Shown piece after piece: positions 35,562-45,981 of a DNA stretch of 64,000 nt. Source of the DNA: a virus (Duplodnaviria; Caudoviricetes); IMG/VR virus record IMGVR_UViG_2524614838_000004, positions 20,261-84,260 of that record; one strand, written 5' to 3'. Numbering within the stretch: position 1 is the first letter of the stretch; every line of letters starts with the position of its first letter. The position numbers and the translations under genes are program-made. The notes under the pieces are model-generated. The model made no database searches and was not told the origin of the DNA. It saw only the letters and a list, made by a program, of their open reading frames with translations.

Positions 35562-37559
35562 ATGCTGAATATCCCAGAAGAAATAAAAGAACTGTTTCGG
35601 GCAGATAATGCCCGGTCAGAAACTGTAAAGCATTTGAAACTTCGTTTTTATGATGAGGAGATAAGGCTACTTTTTCCAGAAGATACACTCTTCCCATCAG
35701 ATGACTTATTTCCAGTTGATCAGGAACCGGTCTATGTGATAGATAACAGTCAGATTTATTCTGAATCACTGGCAATAGAGGAAAATCTATGCGCAAGTCA
35801 AGACTTGGCATTTGGAGAATGTAATTCATCACAGTTTGAGATAACGGTGGCTGATGTTTTGATGGACCTGACTGGAAAAGAATTTATGGCCACTGTTGAA
35901 ATCGGTGGTTATGAAATGGCGTTGGGTATTTATAGGGTAGATAGTTTTGAGCGTCAGGCTGATAGACGAATGAAAAAGATTGTTGCTTATGACAGAATGC
36001 TGAAATTTGATATTGATGTAGCGGATTGGTATCGGGGACTTACCTTTCCTATGACTTTGAAGCAGTTCCGGGATTCGTTATGCGCTCATGTGGGAGTTAC
36101 ACAAATCACGGCTACTTTACCTATGGACGATATGCAGTTGACTAAAACTATTGATCCAGAGCAATTGAATGGCCGTAAGGTTTTAATGGCTATATGCGAA
36201 ATAAATGGGTGCTTTGGAAATATTGATAAGACTGGCAGGCTTACATATAAATTCCTTGGAACTTCCGGTTTGTTTCCATCTGAAACCTTATTTCCTGATG
36301 ATGAATTATTTCCCGCTGAGATGACTAATGCGGAAACTTTATCCTACTACAAGCAATCGGAAACACATTATGAAGACTATTTGGTCAATCCTATTGACAA
36401 GGTGCAGATCAGACAGGAGGAAGGTGACGTTGGGGCTTCCTATGGACCGGGAAGTAACTGCTATGTAATCCAGGGGAATTTCCTGGCATATGGGAAGTCA
36501 GCTGAACAGCTTCTTGCGATTGCTTCCACGGTTTATGATCAGGTTTCCGGAAGGATTTATAGGCCGTGTCAAATCGTTGGCCCGGCCCTTCCTTGGGTGG
36601 AAGTTGGGGACGGCATTATCTGCTATACTACTGATGATGTGATTGAAACCTATTGTCTTAAGCGGACAACGAAAGGTATTCAGGGTATGATGGATACTTA
36701 CGAGGCTAGCGGCAATATTGAACAGGAGCAGAGAACCGGCCTAAGTGATCAGATTATTCAATTGGAAGGTAAGACAGCTGTCATCAAGAAATCAGTTGAA
36801 GAAGTATCTGTTAGGGTAACAGATCTGAAGGAATATACCGAAGCGCAATTTAAGGTGACAGCTGACCAGATCCTTGCGGAAGTTACCAGGGCAAAACAAG
36901 CCGAAGCATCATTGAGTATTCGCGCTGATCAGATTGCTACATCGGTAACGAATCTTGCCAATGATACCAATTCCCGATTTACGCAGACGGCAAATCAGAT
37001 TGCCCTGAAGGTAAGCAAGGGTGATGTTTCTTCACAGCTTTCAGTAGAGAGTGATAAGGTAACGATATCCAGCAATAGGCTCATTGTAAACAGTACAAAC
37101 TTTCAACTTGATGGAAATGGAAATGCCACATTTAGTGGAAGAGTACAAGGAGCTCAGGTGATTGGTTCTTCCATAAGTGGCGGCTCCATCAATATAGGCA
37201 ACGGTACTTTCTGGGTGGATTCAGGAGGGAATGCTGCTATTAATGCGGGAAATATTGATCTGGGACCTATAAGTATTAATTCTAATTATACAGATTTGGG
37301 AGCGTTTAGAGTATCCGGAAATCAATATGGGGCCTTTTTTAGTCAGAATGATGAAATATGGCTCTATACGAGTGCATGGCCGCTTGGTAACGGTCCAGCC
37401 CTTGAATTTAAAAGGGGAGGGACCGTTACAACAAGAATTGGATGGGGTGGAATGAATACTCAACAAATTAATTGCAATGATATATATTTAGACGATCCCT
37501 GGGTTGCTGGTTGGAGTCTCGTGGATATGCTGAAAGATATTTATAACAGATTACCATGA
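35562..37559 (+). CDS. Baseplate hub/tail spike (Tal-like) protein
   Basis: FGECNSSQF.ITV, AYD.M.KFD, ICEING.FG.ID; coiled-coil followed by Gly-rich beta repeats. Confidence 0.8.
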   Translation: MLNIPEEIKELFRADNARSETVKHLKLRFYDEEIRLLFPEDTLFPSDDLFPVDQEPVYVIDNSQIYSESLAIEENLCASQDLAFGECNSSQFEITVADVLMDLTGKEFMATVEIGGYEMALGIYRVDSFERQADRRMKKIVAYDRMLKFDIDVADWYRGLTFPMTLKQFRDSLCAHVGVTQITATLPMDDMQLTKTIDPEQLNGRKVLMAICEINGCFGNIDKTGRLTYKFLGTSGLFPSETLFPDDELFPAEMTNAETLSYYKQSETHYEDYLVNPIDKVQIRQEEGDVGASYGPGSNCYVIQGNFLAYGKSAEQLLAIASTVYDQVSGRIYRPCQIVGPALPWVEVGDGIICYTTDDVIETYCLKRTTKGIQGMMDTYEASGNIEQEQRTGLSDQIIQLEGKTAVIKKSVEEVSVRVTDLKEYTEAQFKVTADQILAEVTRAKQAEASLSIRADQIATSVTNLANDTNSRFTQTANQIALKVSKGDVSSQLSVESDKVTISSNRLIVNSTNFQLDGNGNATFSGRVQGAQVIGSSISGGSINIGNGTFWVDSGGNAAINAGNIDLGPISINSNYTDLGAFRVSGNQYGAFFSQNDEIWLYTSAWPLGNGPALEFKRGGTVTTRIGWGGMNTQQINCNDIYLDDPWVAGWSLVDMLKDIYNRLP

Positions 37560-37645
37560 TGGCCTTAAATATTCATATTTCATAAGAAATAGGAAGGAGG
37601 GTTGATTTAAAAGAAAATAGTGGATATAATACAGATAAGGAGGTA

Positions 37646-38167
37646 ATGTCAATGAAAAGAATAAAAATAGTATCTATATTAGCTGTATTATTTATCACCT
37701 TATTTTCTTTTAATGCTTTTGCCATGGGGAAAGAATATAGAGAACCTGAACGCCCATCACCACTAAACGAAGAACTTGGTAAAGGGTGGACATGGTTAAG
37801 CGATGATACTTGCGCACAATTTAAAATGTCAGAAGACATTAAAATAAGTAACATCAAAAGAATGTTTGACCTTGGAATGGTGCGTGGTTGGCAAGGTATA
37901 CAGAACCGTGACACTTATTCCGGAAAATGGTCCCAGTCTTCAGAAGGAATCTGGTCATTCGAGTTTGACGATAAAACAATTCCGGTGGGAGTAACTAAGA
38001 TTGACGGCGTTCTATATGCCTTTACAGGCTATGGAGAACTGAAGGCCGATTATGAGTACTATGATGGCCTTAAGACTGGTGCAGATGGCCTTGTGACGGC
38101 TGACAGTGCAGAGTTTAAGGACTGGCTTGCAACGCAGTACCTTCCTGAATGTACAAGCCACGAATAA
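37646..38167 (+). CDS. Secreted protein with cell-wall-binding-like repeats (moron)
   Basis: Signal peptide ending NAFA; GKW.QSSEGIWSF...IDGVLYAF; own promoter and terminator. Confidence 0.7.
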   Translation: MSMKRIKIVSILAVLFITLFSFNAFAMGKEYREPERPSPLNEELGKGWTWLSDDTCAQFKMSEDIKISNIKRMFDLGMVRGWQGIQNRDTYSGKWSQSSEGIWSFEFDDKTIPVGVTKIDGVLYAFTGYGELKADYEYYDGLKTGADGLVTADSAEFKDWLATQYLPECTSHE

Positions 38168-38239
38168 TTTAATAAAAACTATTACAGAGAGCGAGGATTA
38201 TTCCCCGCTCTTTTTGTGTGCCGAAAGGAGTAAGAAGCA

Positions 38240-38599
38240 ATGGAAATACATAGTTTGGAAATCGACATCGATGTTGGCGTTTTAAAGATCAACGGAAGAG
38301 ATTATAAAGAAAAACCTATTGTTGTTACGCTCCCGGGTCCGGAAGGCTGGCCGTTGGTGAGACTTTTTAATGCTGAAAAAGCAACTGGAATTCCGGGAGC
38401 GTGTGATGAGTTAACAGTATCCTACGTGGAAAAAGTGGAGGTGAAGGAGATGTCAGAAGAACAGAAAAGATTAGAAAAGGCGCTATTAGATTTCATTGAA
38501 AGAGTTTCAAGTAATGCTGCTTCTGAGAAAGAAGTAGAGATTATCCCAGAAGCAGCATTGGCCTTGATTGAATTATGGAAGATTACGAGATCATTCTGA
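38240..38599 (+). CDS. Hypothetical protein (possible fusion of two small ORFs)
   Basis: RBS AAAGGAG; internal GAAGGAG-ATG. Confidence 0.6.
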   Translation: MEIHSLEIDIDVGVLKINGRDYKEKPIVVTLPGPEGWPLVRLFNAEKATGIPGACDELTVSYVEKVEVKEMSEEQKRLEKALLDFIERVSSNAASEKEVEIIPEAALALIELWKITRSF

Positions 38600-38773
38600 T
38601 TCGTATGTATCTTCAAGTAATTCTACAAACTCATTGTAAATTTCACGCATAAATAAGGCCACGTTCTTTCCGGTCTTTTCTTCCATCGTGATAACTGAGT
38701 TTGACAATTTGGCTACCATCAATTCTTTGGTGTAGTCTACAGCAACTTTTTTGATTCTAGGATCCAAAGCCAT
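38591..38773 (-). CDS. Small antisense-oriented protein, 60 aa (MALDPRIKK...)
   Basis: RBS AAAGGAG before ATG 38773. Confidence 0.6.
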   Translation of the reverse strand: MALDPRIKKVAVDYTKELMVAKLSNSVITMEEKTGKNVALFMREIYNEFVELLEDTYESE

Positions 38774-38875
38774 GTTATTTTTCTCCTTTCTTCTGTACTT
38801 GGCCGGGCATGACCTGTAATCACAGTATAGAAGATTTGGGAGAATATGGCAATTCACTTTAAGAAAGGAGAGTCT

Positions 38876-39196
38876 ATGAATAAAGTAATTACTTTTACAG
38901 AGGAGCAGGTGCTGCAAATTCAATACATGCTGAATGCTGTCACAGTGACCGGGATCCAGAATGCCAAGCAGATAGCGGCCATTGCGCAAATGTTGGAGCT
39001 GGGAACGCCGGGTGAAATTAAGGAACCTGAAAAGAAAGAAAATCATTATTCCTCGGATGATTGGGAGAATCCGCCTGAACAAAAGACCAGTGTTAGTGAT
39101 ACTCCCTCTAAAAGGCCTGTCCATAGTAAATGGGAAAAGTTATCCGACATTGATGCTAGGGTCAATGAGGAGGAAAAGAAAGAGGGTGAAGGTTAA
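38876..39196 (+). CDS. Hypothetical tail-region protein
   Basis: RBS AAAGGAG. Confidence 0.6.
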   Translation: MNKVITFTEEQVLQIQYMLNAVTVTGIQNAKQIAAIAQMLELGTPGEIKEPEKKENHYSSDDWENPPEQKTSVSDTPSKRPVHSKWEKLSDIDARVNEEEKKEGEG

Positions 39197-40311
39197 TGGC
39201 ATTGCAACCATTTTACACCGTTACAGATTGGCAGAACTTGCCATCGCAGAAAACAGCACTAAATCGGACTAATTTACTTCACACGGAAAATGGAGTAAAG
39301 GAACTGGATAACAGGACCGTACAGCTGGACGCAAGCAAGGCAGATAAATCCCTGGTTAATGCTTTGGTAAAAGACATTACGGTGGACGCTGACACCGGAA
39401 TATTAACAATAACCTATCAAAATGGTACGGTTAAGACTTATGATCTGGATATTGAAAAGGTAGTAACAAACTTTGATATCAACGATGATAATGAGTTAGT
39501 GCTTACCCTGGCAGACGGTACGCAGAAGATCATTGATCTTACCAGATTTGTTTATTCGGTAGCAAGTACGGCCACTATCTCCATGACGATCACTGACCGA
39601 GTCATGCGGGCGACTATTGTTGATGGTTCCGTAACCATGGCAAAATTAGATGCTGCTATTCAGACAGAATTCCGGCAGTATATGCTTGACGCTCAGGCCG
39701 CCCGTGATGCCGCCCTTCAGTATCAATTATTTGCTAAGCGGTACACGCTTGGAGATCAGAGTTTTCCAGGGAGTGAAATAGATAATGCTAAATATTATTA
39801 CGAGCAGACGAAAACCGCAGAGGAAAATGTAATCCAGAATGCTCAATCCGCTGCAGAGAGTGCCGGCACGGCTACGGAGCAGGCCACGATTGCAACGCAA
39901 AAAGCCACAGCTGCTACAGCTGCCACGAATACGGCAACCGCAGCGGCACAAACGGCTACGGAGAAAGCCAACGCAGCAGCAGCCAGTGAGCAGGTGGCAA
40001 CACAGAAAGCGGCAGCTGCAGGGGCCAGCCAAATAGCGGCAGCTCAGAGCGCCACTGAAACCTCTGATAGTGCGTTACAGGCCAAACGATATGCAATAGG
40101 CGGCGTGGTGCCGGAAGATCCGGAAGATAATGCAAAATGGTATTATCAACAAACAAAGAATCTGAAAGAACAGGTGGACGCGGCGGCTAAGATATCGGTT
40201 CCACATTTTTATGTGGATCCTGTCACTATGCAGCTCATGAGTGATACGGAAGCCAAGGGTATGAGGTTTTGGTACAATAATGGAAAGTTTTATGGGGAGG
40301 TGACAGCATAA
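39196..40311 (+). CDS. Tail fibre/baseplate upper protein with Ala/Thr-rich repeats
   Basis: A(T/A)EQA/ATQKA heptad repeats; DNAKYY motif present twice. Confidence 0.7.
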   Translation: MALQPFYTVTDWQNLPSQKTALNRTNLLHTENGVKELDNRTVQLDASKADKSLVNALVKDITVDADTGILTITYQNGTVKTYDLDIEKVVTNFDINDDNELVLTLADGTQKIIDLTRFVYSVASTATISMTITDRVMRATIVDGSVTMAKLDAAIQTEFRQYMLDAQAARDAALQYQLFAKRYTLGDQSFPGSEIDNAKYYYEQTKTAEENVIQNAQSAAESAGTATEQATIATQKATAATAATNTATAAAQTATEKANAAAASEQVATQKAAAAGASQIAAAQSATETSDSALQAKRYAIGGVVPEDPEDNAKWYYQQTKNLKEQVDAAAKISVPHFYVDPVTMQLMSDTEAKGMRFWYNNGKFYGEVTA

Positions 40312-41183
40312 TGGCTGAAATATATGGAACAATCGGGATCCGCCCTATGGGGGAATATAATCCTGATACAAAATATGAATTGTTGAATTTAGTCAATTAT
40401 GACGGTAGCAGCTATGTAGCTCATACAGAACCGCCGTTGGGAACTCTGCCATCGAATACGGCATACTGGCAGGTATCAGCCCAGGGAACCAGTAAAGCTA
40501 CGGCTGACAGCGTAGGAACGGTAAAGCCGGACGGAGTAACAACGGAGGTTAGCGCTGATGGTACATTGAGTGCTAAAACTGCCTCGCAATCCACTGCTGG
40601 TATGGTGAAGGGTAGCCAAGGTATTACGGTAGGGACGGGCGGCGCAATTGATGTGAATACGGCCTTTACGCAGGCCACAGAACTGGCCAATATTATAGCC
40701 GGGGAAGCAATTGCGCAGGTGCTGGGGAAAATATCTAAGGCTATTGCAACAACAATGAACTTAGATCAAAACGCCTTACTTAAGAACATGCTGACTAATA
40801 TGGATGCCAATGATCAGAATAAGATCAATACCGCTGCATATGTACATACTCTTACGGAGCGCATTGGCATGAGTACAGAGCTGACTGCAGGTGCCAATTT
40901 AACCGCAGCCCTTAATGCACTAAATAGCAATTTACCGAACCTAATCATAGCACAATCACAAACGCTTCCGGAAACAGCGGTACCGGCTAATGGTTATGTT
41001 GATATTTCGTACACCCCTACGCCCATAAACGGATATACTCCATTTCAGTATTCGCTTTGGTCTGGAGGGAATCCCTCTGTCGGTATTGTGGCTATCACAT
41101 CCAGTTTGGTCAGGTTACGTAATTTTTCTGGTGCATCAATAAATGCCACACCAATTATATCGGTGACATATAAAAGGGCCTAA
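40311..41183 (+). CDS. Tail fibre/receptor-binding protein with an exchangeable C-terminus (cassette A expressed)
   Basis: LNSNL junction encoded by the recombination site at 40918-40934. Confidence 0.8.
   Translation: MAEIYGTIGIRPMGEYNPDTKYELLNLVNYDGSSYVAHTEPPLGTLPSNTAYWQVSAQGTSKATADSVGTVKPDGVTTEVSADGTLSAKTASQSTAGMVKGSQGITVGTGGAIDVNTAFTQATELANIIAGEAIAQVLGKISKAIATTMNLDQNALLKNMLTNMDANDQNKINTAAYVHTLTERIGMSTELTAGANLTAALNALNSNLPNLIIAQSQTLPETAVPANGYVDISYTPTPINGYTPFQYSLWSGGNPSVGIVAITSSLVRLRNFSGASINATPIISVTYKRA
40918..40934 (+). repeat. Shufflon site 1, CACTAAATAGCAATTTA
   Basis: Perfect 17-bp inverted repeat of 41449-41465. Confidence 0.9.
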
Positions 41184-41187
41184 ATGC

Positions 41188-41465
41188 TCATTTTTCGACC
41201 CAAGATCCCCATGTATTGACCCTCGTTCTTATCCAAAATCTAGGGGCCACCTCTAATGAGGTAAATTTTTGGATCGCGAAAGATGATGAGTCAATAAACA
41301 TTGTTTCTACAATGCCGTGGAACGCAGCAGGAAGATTAGTGCAACTACTTGCTGCCCTGTATACAGAAAGAACATTGATGATGGTTGGAATTTCATTCAG
41401 ATTTCCAGCATACTCACCTCTGTTTACTACCTTTGCGGAAATATTGTTTAAATTGCTATTTAGTG
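41188..41465 (-). other. Silent tail-fibre tip cassette B (pyocin-knob-like) with site 2
   Basis: Start-less open frame LNSNLNNISAKVVNRGEYAGNLNEI...FWIRTRVNTWGSWVEK*. Confidence 0.85.
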
Positions 41466-41537
41466 AAGAAAAGAAACTTGTAAATCACAGTCCCATAAGG
41501 GGCTTATTTTTATGCTCATCTGAGCGGAAAGGAAATT

Positions 41538-41948
41538 ATGAGTAATATAAGAATCGAAAGAATTAAGTTTGGTACTCAGGAATTCGATCTGATCGCAGCC
41601 GGGGTTAATCTTGGAGAAAGTGGTGGAACCATTGCCTTTTTGAAAGGGTCCGCTTCTTTCGAGTCCATCGAAGCTGCCTTGAAAGAAAATGGAAGCATAG
41701 TACAGATCGGATTATCCGGAGAGCCGGACTGGACCCGGTCTGACTTAGTTTATGCGGGCAAGCTGGCAAAACAGTCCGATCAGGTTATCGGCACGGCAGA
41801 AGATGGTGTGACCTCCATCACAGCAGATGTCATAACCGCCACTTTTCGCACACCGGATCTGACCGAAACCGTAAAGGAACAGGCTGCAGAGATCAAATCA
41901 TTAAGAGCAACTGTTGACACATTAGTATTATCAAGTTTGGAGGGATAA
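41538..41948 (+). CDS. Tail-associated hypothetical protein
   Basis: RBS AAAGGAAA; C-terminal coiled-coil LRATVDTL. Confidence 0.7.
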   Translation: MSNIRIERIKFGTQEFDLIAAGVNLGESGGTIAFLKGSASFESIEAALKENGSIVQIGLSGEPDWTRSDLVYAGKLAKQSDQVIGTAEDGVTSITADVITATFRTPDLTETVKEQAAEIKSLRATVDTLVLSSLEG

Positions 41949-41950
41949 GC

Positions 41951-42079
41951 ATGTTTGATACATTAATGAGATTATTTGATAGCGGCAAGGGCCCGCTGAC
42001 AACTGCAATGTTGGCGAATGCAGTCATTAAGAAATGGATTACCGAAGAACAGAAACAGGAGATCCTTGCATCTAAATAA
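41951..42079 (+). CDS. XkdX-like small protein, 42 aa
   Basis: AVIKKWITEEQKQEI motif. Confidence 0.7.
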   Translation: MFDTLMRLFDSGKGPLTTAMLANAVIKKWITEEQKQEILASK

Positions 42080-42098
42080 ATGAAACGGAGGTGCTGCC

Positions 42099-42425
42099 AT
42101 GACTGAAACGGAGGTTGCGGTTAGATTGGAAGCCCATGAGCATGAAATAAAGTCTTTGAAACACCGAATGGAAGATCAGGAAGAACAGAGCAAATCTATA
42201 CAGGACCTGGTTCTATCGGTAAAGGAATTAGCTCTTAATATGCAGGCAATGCTTAAGGAGCAGGGGAGCCAGGGGGAAAGGTTGGCTAAATTGGAGGCAG
42301 CTCCAGGAGAAACATGGAATAACATGAAACGGACGTTTGCAAACAGATTTATTGATATCATTGCCGGGGCGCTTGCTACCGGCATTATTGTTATGATAAT
42401 TCAAAATTTAAAAATAGGAGGATAA
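42099..42425 (+). CDS. XhlA-like membrane protein
   Basis: Coiled-coil plus C-terminal TM helix. Confidence 0.7.
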   Translation: MTETEVAVRLEAHEHEIKSLKHRMEDQEEQSKSIQDLVLSVKELALNMQAMLKEQGSQGERLAKLEAAPGETWNNMKRTFANRFIDIIAGALATGIIVMIIQNLKIGG

Positions 42426-42429
42426 TATC

Positions 42430-42633
42430 ATGAACAAAGATTATATGGTAAAGTGGGCAAAGGCAGCAGGAGTAAGAGCGGTAAAGACGATGGCGCAGAC
42501 AGCTATTGCAACAATCGGGACAACGGCGGTAATGTCCGGTGTAGATTGGATTATGGTGGGATCAGCAACAGCACTGGCCGGGATCCTTTCCGTACTTACA
42601 TCGGTAGCTGGACTGCCGGAGCTAAAAGAATAA
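42430..42633 (+). CDS. Holin (r1t type)
   Basis: KAAGVRAVKTMAQTAIATIG...SVLTSVAGLPE. Confidence 0.9.
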   Translation: MNKDYMVKWAKAAGVRAVKTMAQTAIATIGTTAVMSGVDWIMVGSATALAGILSVLTSVAGLPELKE

Positions 42634-42703
42634 CAAGTTGTAACGTCACAACTTTTCGGGCCTGGGATCTCCCGGGCCTTTTCTTTTTGATTGGAGGATT
42701 ATC

Positions 42704-43564
42704 ATGGAGATTAAAAAACTACTTACACCGTATAACCATAATATCGGCACTCTGGATCGTATCAAGTACATCGTGATCCATTATGTTGGGGCCCTGGGAG
42801 GTGCAGAAGCAAACTGTAAATACTACGCGTCCCAATACATTGGAGCCAGCGCTCATTATTATGTCGGGTTTGATGGGGGAGTTTGGCAGTCTGTTGAGGA
42901 TCAGAACATAGCATGGCATTGCGGAGCAAAAACCTATACTCACCCGGAATGCCGGAATGCAAACAGCCTGGGGATCGAGCTCTGTGTTAGGAATAAGGGG
43001 AGTCAGGCGGATACAAGCTGGGATTGGTATTTTGAGGAGGCTACGGTGCAGGCAGCCATTGAACTGACCAAGGAACTGATGGCGAAGTACAACATCTCTG
43101 CAGATCATGTAATACGGCACTATGATGTGACCGGGAAGATTTGTCCCAATCCTTATGTTTATAATCACACACAGCATACTTGGGAGGCATTTAAGACGGC
43201 TCTGACGGCTACACCGGAAAAGAAATTCGGCTGGCTCCAGGAGGACGGCGGATGGAGATTCTACAACGGTGATACCGGCGAGTATGTCCGTAATGATTGG
43301 CACCAGGATCCTGATGGTAAATGGTACTGGTTTGATGGTGCCGGTATGATGGTCTCAAACGTCTGGTATCAGCACAAGGGCGCATGGTACTACCTGGGAC
43401 CAGACGGCGTTATGTGTGCTTCACAACTTGTAGAAAATTCCGGAAAGATTTATGCGGTAGATGCGGATGGTAAAATGGTTACTGAACCTGTAATGTTAAC
43501 TCCTGATGCTGATGGTGCATTGCAGTATCCGGGGTTAGCTAACCAATTATTTACCAACCTTTAA
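42704..43564 (+). CDS. Endolysin: N-acetylmuramoyl-L-alanine amidase with cell-wall-binding repeats
   Basis: IVIHY, SAHYY, AWHCG, IGIE-like SLGIEL, RHYDVTGKICP; GW/WY repeats. Confidence 0.92.
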   Translation: MEIKKLLTPYNHNIGTLDRIKYIVIHYVGALGGAEANCKYYASQYIGASAHYYVGFDGGVWQSVEDQNIAWHCGAKTYTHPECRNANSLGIELCVRNKGSQADTSWDWYFEEATVQAAIELTKELMAKYNISADHVIRHYDVTGKICPNPYVYNHTQHTWEAFKTALTATPEKKFGWLQEDGGWRFYNGDTGEYVRNDWHQDPDGKWYWFDGAGMMVSNVWYQHKGAWYYLGPDGVMCASQLVENSGKIYAVDADGKMVTEPVMLTPDADGALQYPGLANQLFTNL

Positions 43565-43669
43565 ATTGTAAGTATATTTGAAATGAAGTTAGGTGAAGAT
43601 AATTGTAAAATATGGATGAAATAGAAAGGAAAGTGTGGTATAATGGCAATCAATGGGGGGTACATAGAT

Positions 43670-45730
43670 GTGAAGAATGAAAATGCATTAATTGCTTTAG
43701 CCTATATAAAAGAAACAGATAATCCATTAACAGTATTTTGCAATTATGTTTTGATATGCTTAATCATAACACCGGCCTCTTCGTTGAGGCATGACGAATT
43801 ATCTGATAAAATTTCGGAGCAATTTGGCTTAAAAATGCCACAGCACATGCTAAAAATGTGTTGTCGAATCTTAGAAAAAGACAAAAAGATTGAAAGACTT
43901 TCAAAAGGTGCAGGATATTTACTTAAAGATTTTTCTTTTGATTTAAGTGGTTTTGAAGTAAAGAAAACTCAATTGCAAGATAAAGAACGCTTATTAGTTA
44001 ATGGACTAATGTCTTATGCTGAGGATTATAAATTAAATTGGAACTATCAACAGGCTAGAGAATATTTAACGAATTTTTTATTGGTTCGTGGAAATGCTGT
44101 TGCAATATTTGCAGAAAAAGCAGTTAAAGAAGTTGAAAAAGAAAAATTTGTGTCCAATGATTGGTATGTTGGAAAATATGTATCCCATTTACTTGAATGT
44201 AATGATGCAAGAACAGAATATCTTATTGATATAGTAAATGGAATGATGATTTATATTGGATTGTATGAAACAAATGACTATAATCAGGACCGTAACCAAA
44301 AGTTTAAAGGAACGAATTTTTACTTTGATACTAAATTAATTTTACGGTTAATGGGATATTCATGGACGCTGGAAATTGAGTCTACGAAAGAATTATCAGA
44401 TTTAATTGAAAAAGAATATGGTGGAAATATTTGTGTTTTTGAGCATACAGTTGGAGAAATTGAATCTGCCTTATATAATGCAGCTGAAACCTTAAAAAGG
44501 GGTGAGGTTATTGCAGATTATGAGTTAAGAATGTATGTAGAGTTAAACAAATGTACTGATTACGATTTAAGATTGCAAAGCCAATCTGCAAGAGCAACCA
44601 TAGAAAGAAAATTGGGATTTAGAGTACAACCTTCTGTCGATTGGGAAGAAAAGAAGAATTATAAGAATAATTTAGACTCGGAGGCATTAATACAGTTTGT
44701 TAAGTGCAAGCATTTACGATGGAAAGAAAGAGCAATAGAAAATGATATTGATTCAATAAATTATATTAATATATTGCGAAAGGGTGATTATTCAGTCAAA
44801 TATGGAGGACGTAAAAAATTGCCTGTTTTTATCACAACCAATACAGCTCTGGTTTGGGATATTAAAGAATATATCCACAGGTTTGGAGCAGATGATAAAG
44901 GGGTTGCTATGTGGAATCCTAATGCATTACCGATTATTTCAGACAATATGCTTATGTGTCGATTATGGTTGCCAAAAGCACAGAATTCAACAACTATTCC
45001 GTTGTTGACTTTAGCTAGGAATGCTTATGCTGCACAGCAGGCCAATACTGCCTTTTTTGAAAAATTAAGAACCTCTGCCAAAGAATTAAAACAGAAGCAT
45101 AACATTGATGTAATTGATATTTCTATTGCTAGAAAAGAAAAGCTGGAAGAATTATTGATAAAAAACACAGCTGGAGATATGGAAGAAATATCAGTTGAAA
45201 TGCTGGCTACGTCAGTTGAAGAAATGATTAAGCTTGAAACGATGAGTCTCCAAAAATCAGTTGAAAAATTAGAGACAGAAAAGGATATTCAAGTTCTCAT
45301 TAATGAGAGTAATAGGAAAAATATTATACGATCGGCAGTTAAAAGGTATAAAAATAAATTGGGACTAAAAAGAATATTAATTTATGTTGCCAGATCATAC
45401 TGGATATGTTTAACTATAGTTTTTGGATTTTTAAGTTTGGGCCTTTCAAAAGCCAAAGGATTACAGATAACAAGTGAATTACCTTATTTTGGGATTATAT
45501 ATGTTTTTATTTTCCTTTTGCTAAAAGTATTGGAAAAGGCAACGAATAAAGGATTTGTTGGAGAACTGTTTTTATCAACGGCAATAAAATATGTTTGGAA
45601 AAAGTATTCGGAAGAAGTGAAAATGGGGTTATTGGATTTTGAAAAAGGAGATGAAAGTGAAATTCTTTTGGCTTGTATTGATGAGACTCCCATATTAAAT
45701 AAATATCGAAAATATTATGAATTAAATTAG
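43670..45730 (+). CDS. PIN-like domain protein with two C-terminal TM helices (moron)
   Basis: YFDTKLI...EHTVGEI...ENDIDS...FITTN acidic pattern; AT-rich; own -10 element. Confidence 0.6.
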   Translation: MKNENALIALAYIKETDNPLTVFCNYVLICLIITPASSLRHDELSDKISEQFGLKMPQHMLKMCCRILEKDKKIERLSKGAGYLLKDFSFDLSGFEVKKTQLQDKERLLVNGLMSYAEDYKLNWNYQQAREYLTNFLLVRGNAVAIFAEKAVKEVEKEKFVSNDWYVGKYVSHLLECNDARTEYLIDIVNGMMIYIGLYETNDYNQDRNQKFKGTNFYFDTKLILRLMGYSWTLEIESTKELSDLIEKEYGGNICVFEHTVGEIESALYNAAETLKRGEVIADYELRMYVELNKCTDYDLRLQSQSARATIERKLGFRVQPSVDWEEKKNYKNNLDSEALIQFVKCKHLRWKERAIENDIDSINYINILRKGDYSVKYGGRKKLPVFITTNTALVWDIKEYIHRFGADDKGVAMWNPNALPIISDNMLMCRLWLPKAQNSTTIPLLTLARNAYAAQQANTAFFEKLRTSAKELKQKHNIDVIDISIARKEKLEELLIKNTAGDMEEISVEMLATSVEEMIKLETMSLQKSVEKLETEKDIQVLINESNRKNIIRSAVKRYKNKLGLKRILIYVARSYWICLTIVFGFLSLGLSKAKGLQITSELPYFGIIYVFIFLLLKVLEKATNKGFVGELFLSTAIKYVWKKYSEEVKMGLLDFEKGDESEILLACIDETPILNKYRKYYELN

Positions 45731-45839
45731 GTTTAAACACATAGGCGAAAGCATAATTTAGGATCTATGAAAAGCATTATCATAAAGATAGTGCTTTTTT
45801 GCGATTTTTTAAGAAGCTCATCTCAGCTTATATAAAAAC

Positions 45840-45858
45840 GTTAGTCAAATGTTAGTCA
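45840..45858. repeat. Tandem GTTAGTCA repeats (arm-site-like)
   Basis: Two copies at 45840 and 45851, next to the tRNA fragment. Confidence 0.45.
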
Positions 45859-45939
45859 TTTGGATGAAATTAAATTTTCTTAAAACTAATTTAATCTCTT
45901 AAAATAAGAAAAAACCCCGCAAACACGAGGTTTTACATA

Positions 45940-45981
45940 AGCTCCCGGGGGGACTCGAACCCCCGACCCACGCATTACGAA
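45940..45981 (-). pseudogene. 3' half of tRNA-Thr(CGT), att-core-like
   Basis: TTCGTAA-TGCGT-GGGTC-GGGGG-TTCGAGT-CCCCC-CGGGAGC-T; the 5' half (needs ACGCA) is absent. Confidence 0.8.

Noticed and set aside
39840-40080. Tandem repeat region in the tail protein gene
   Set aside because: Ordinary Ala/Thr-rich coiled-coil heptads of fibre proteins, not a DNA-level element
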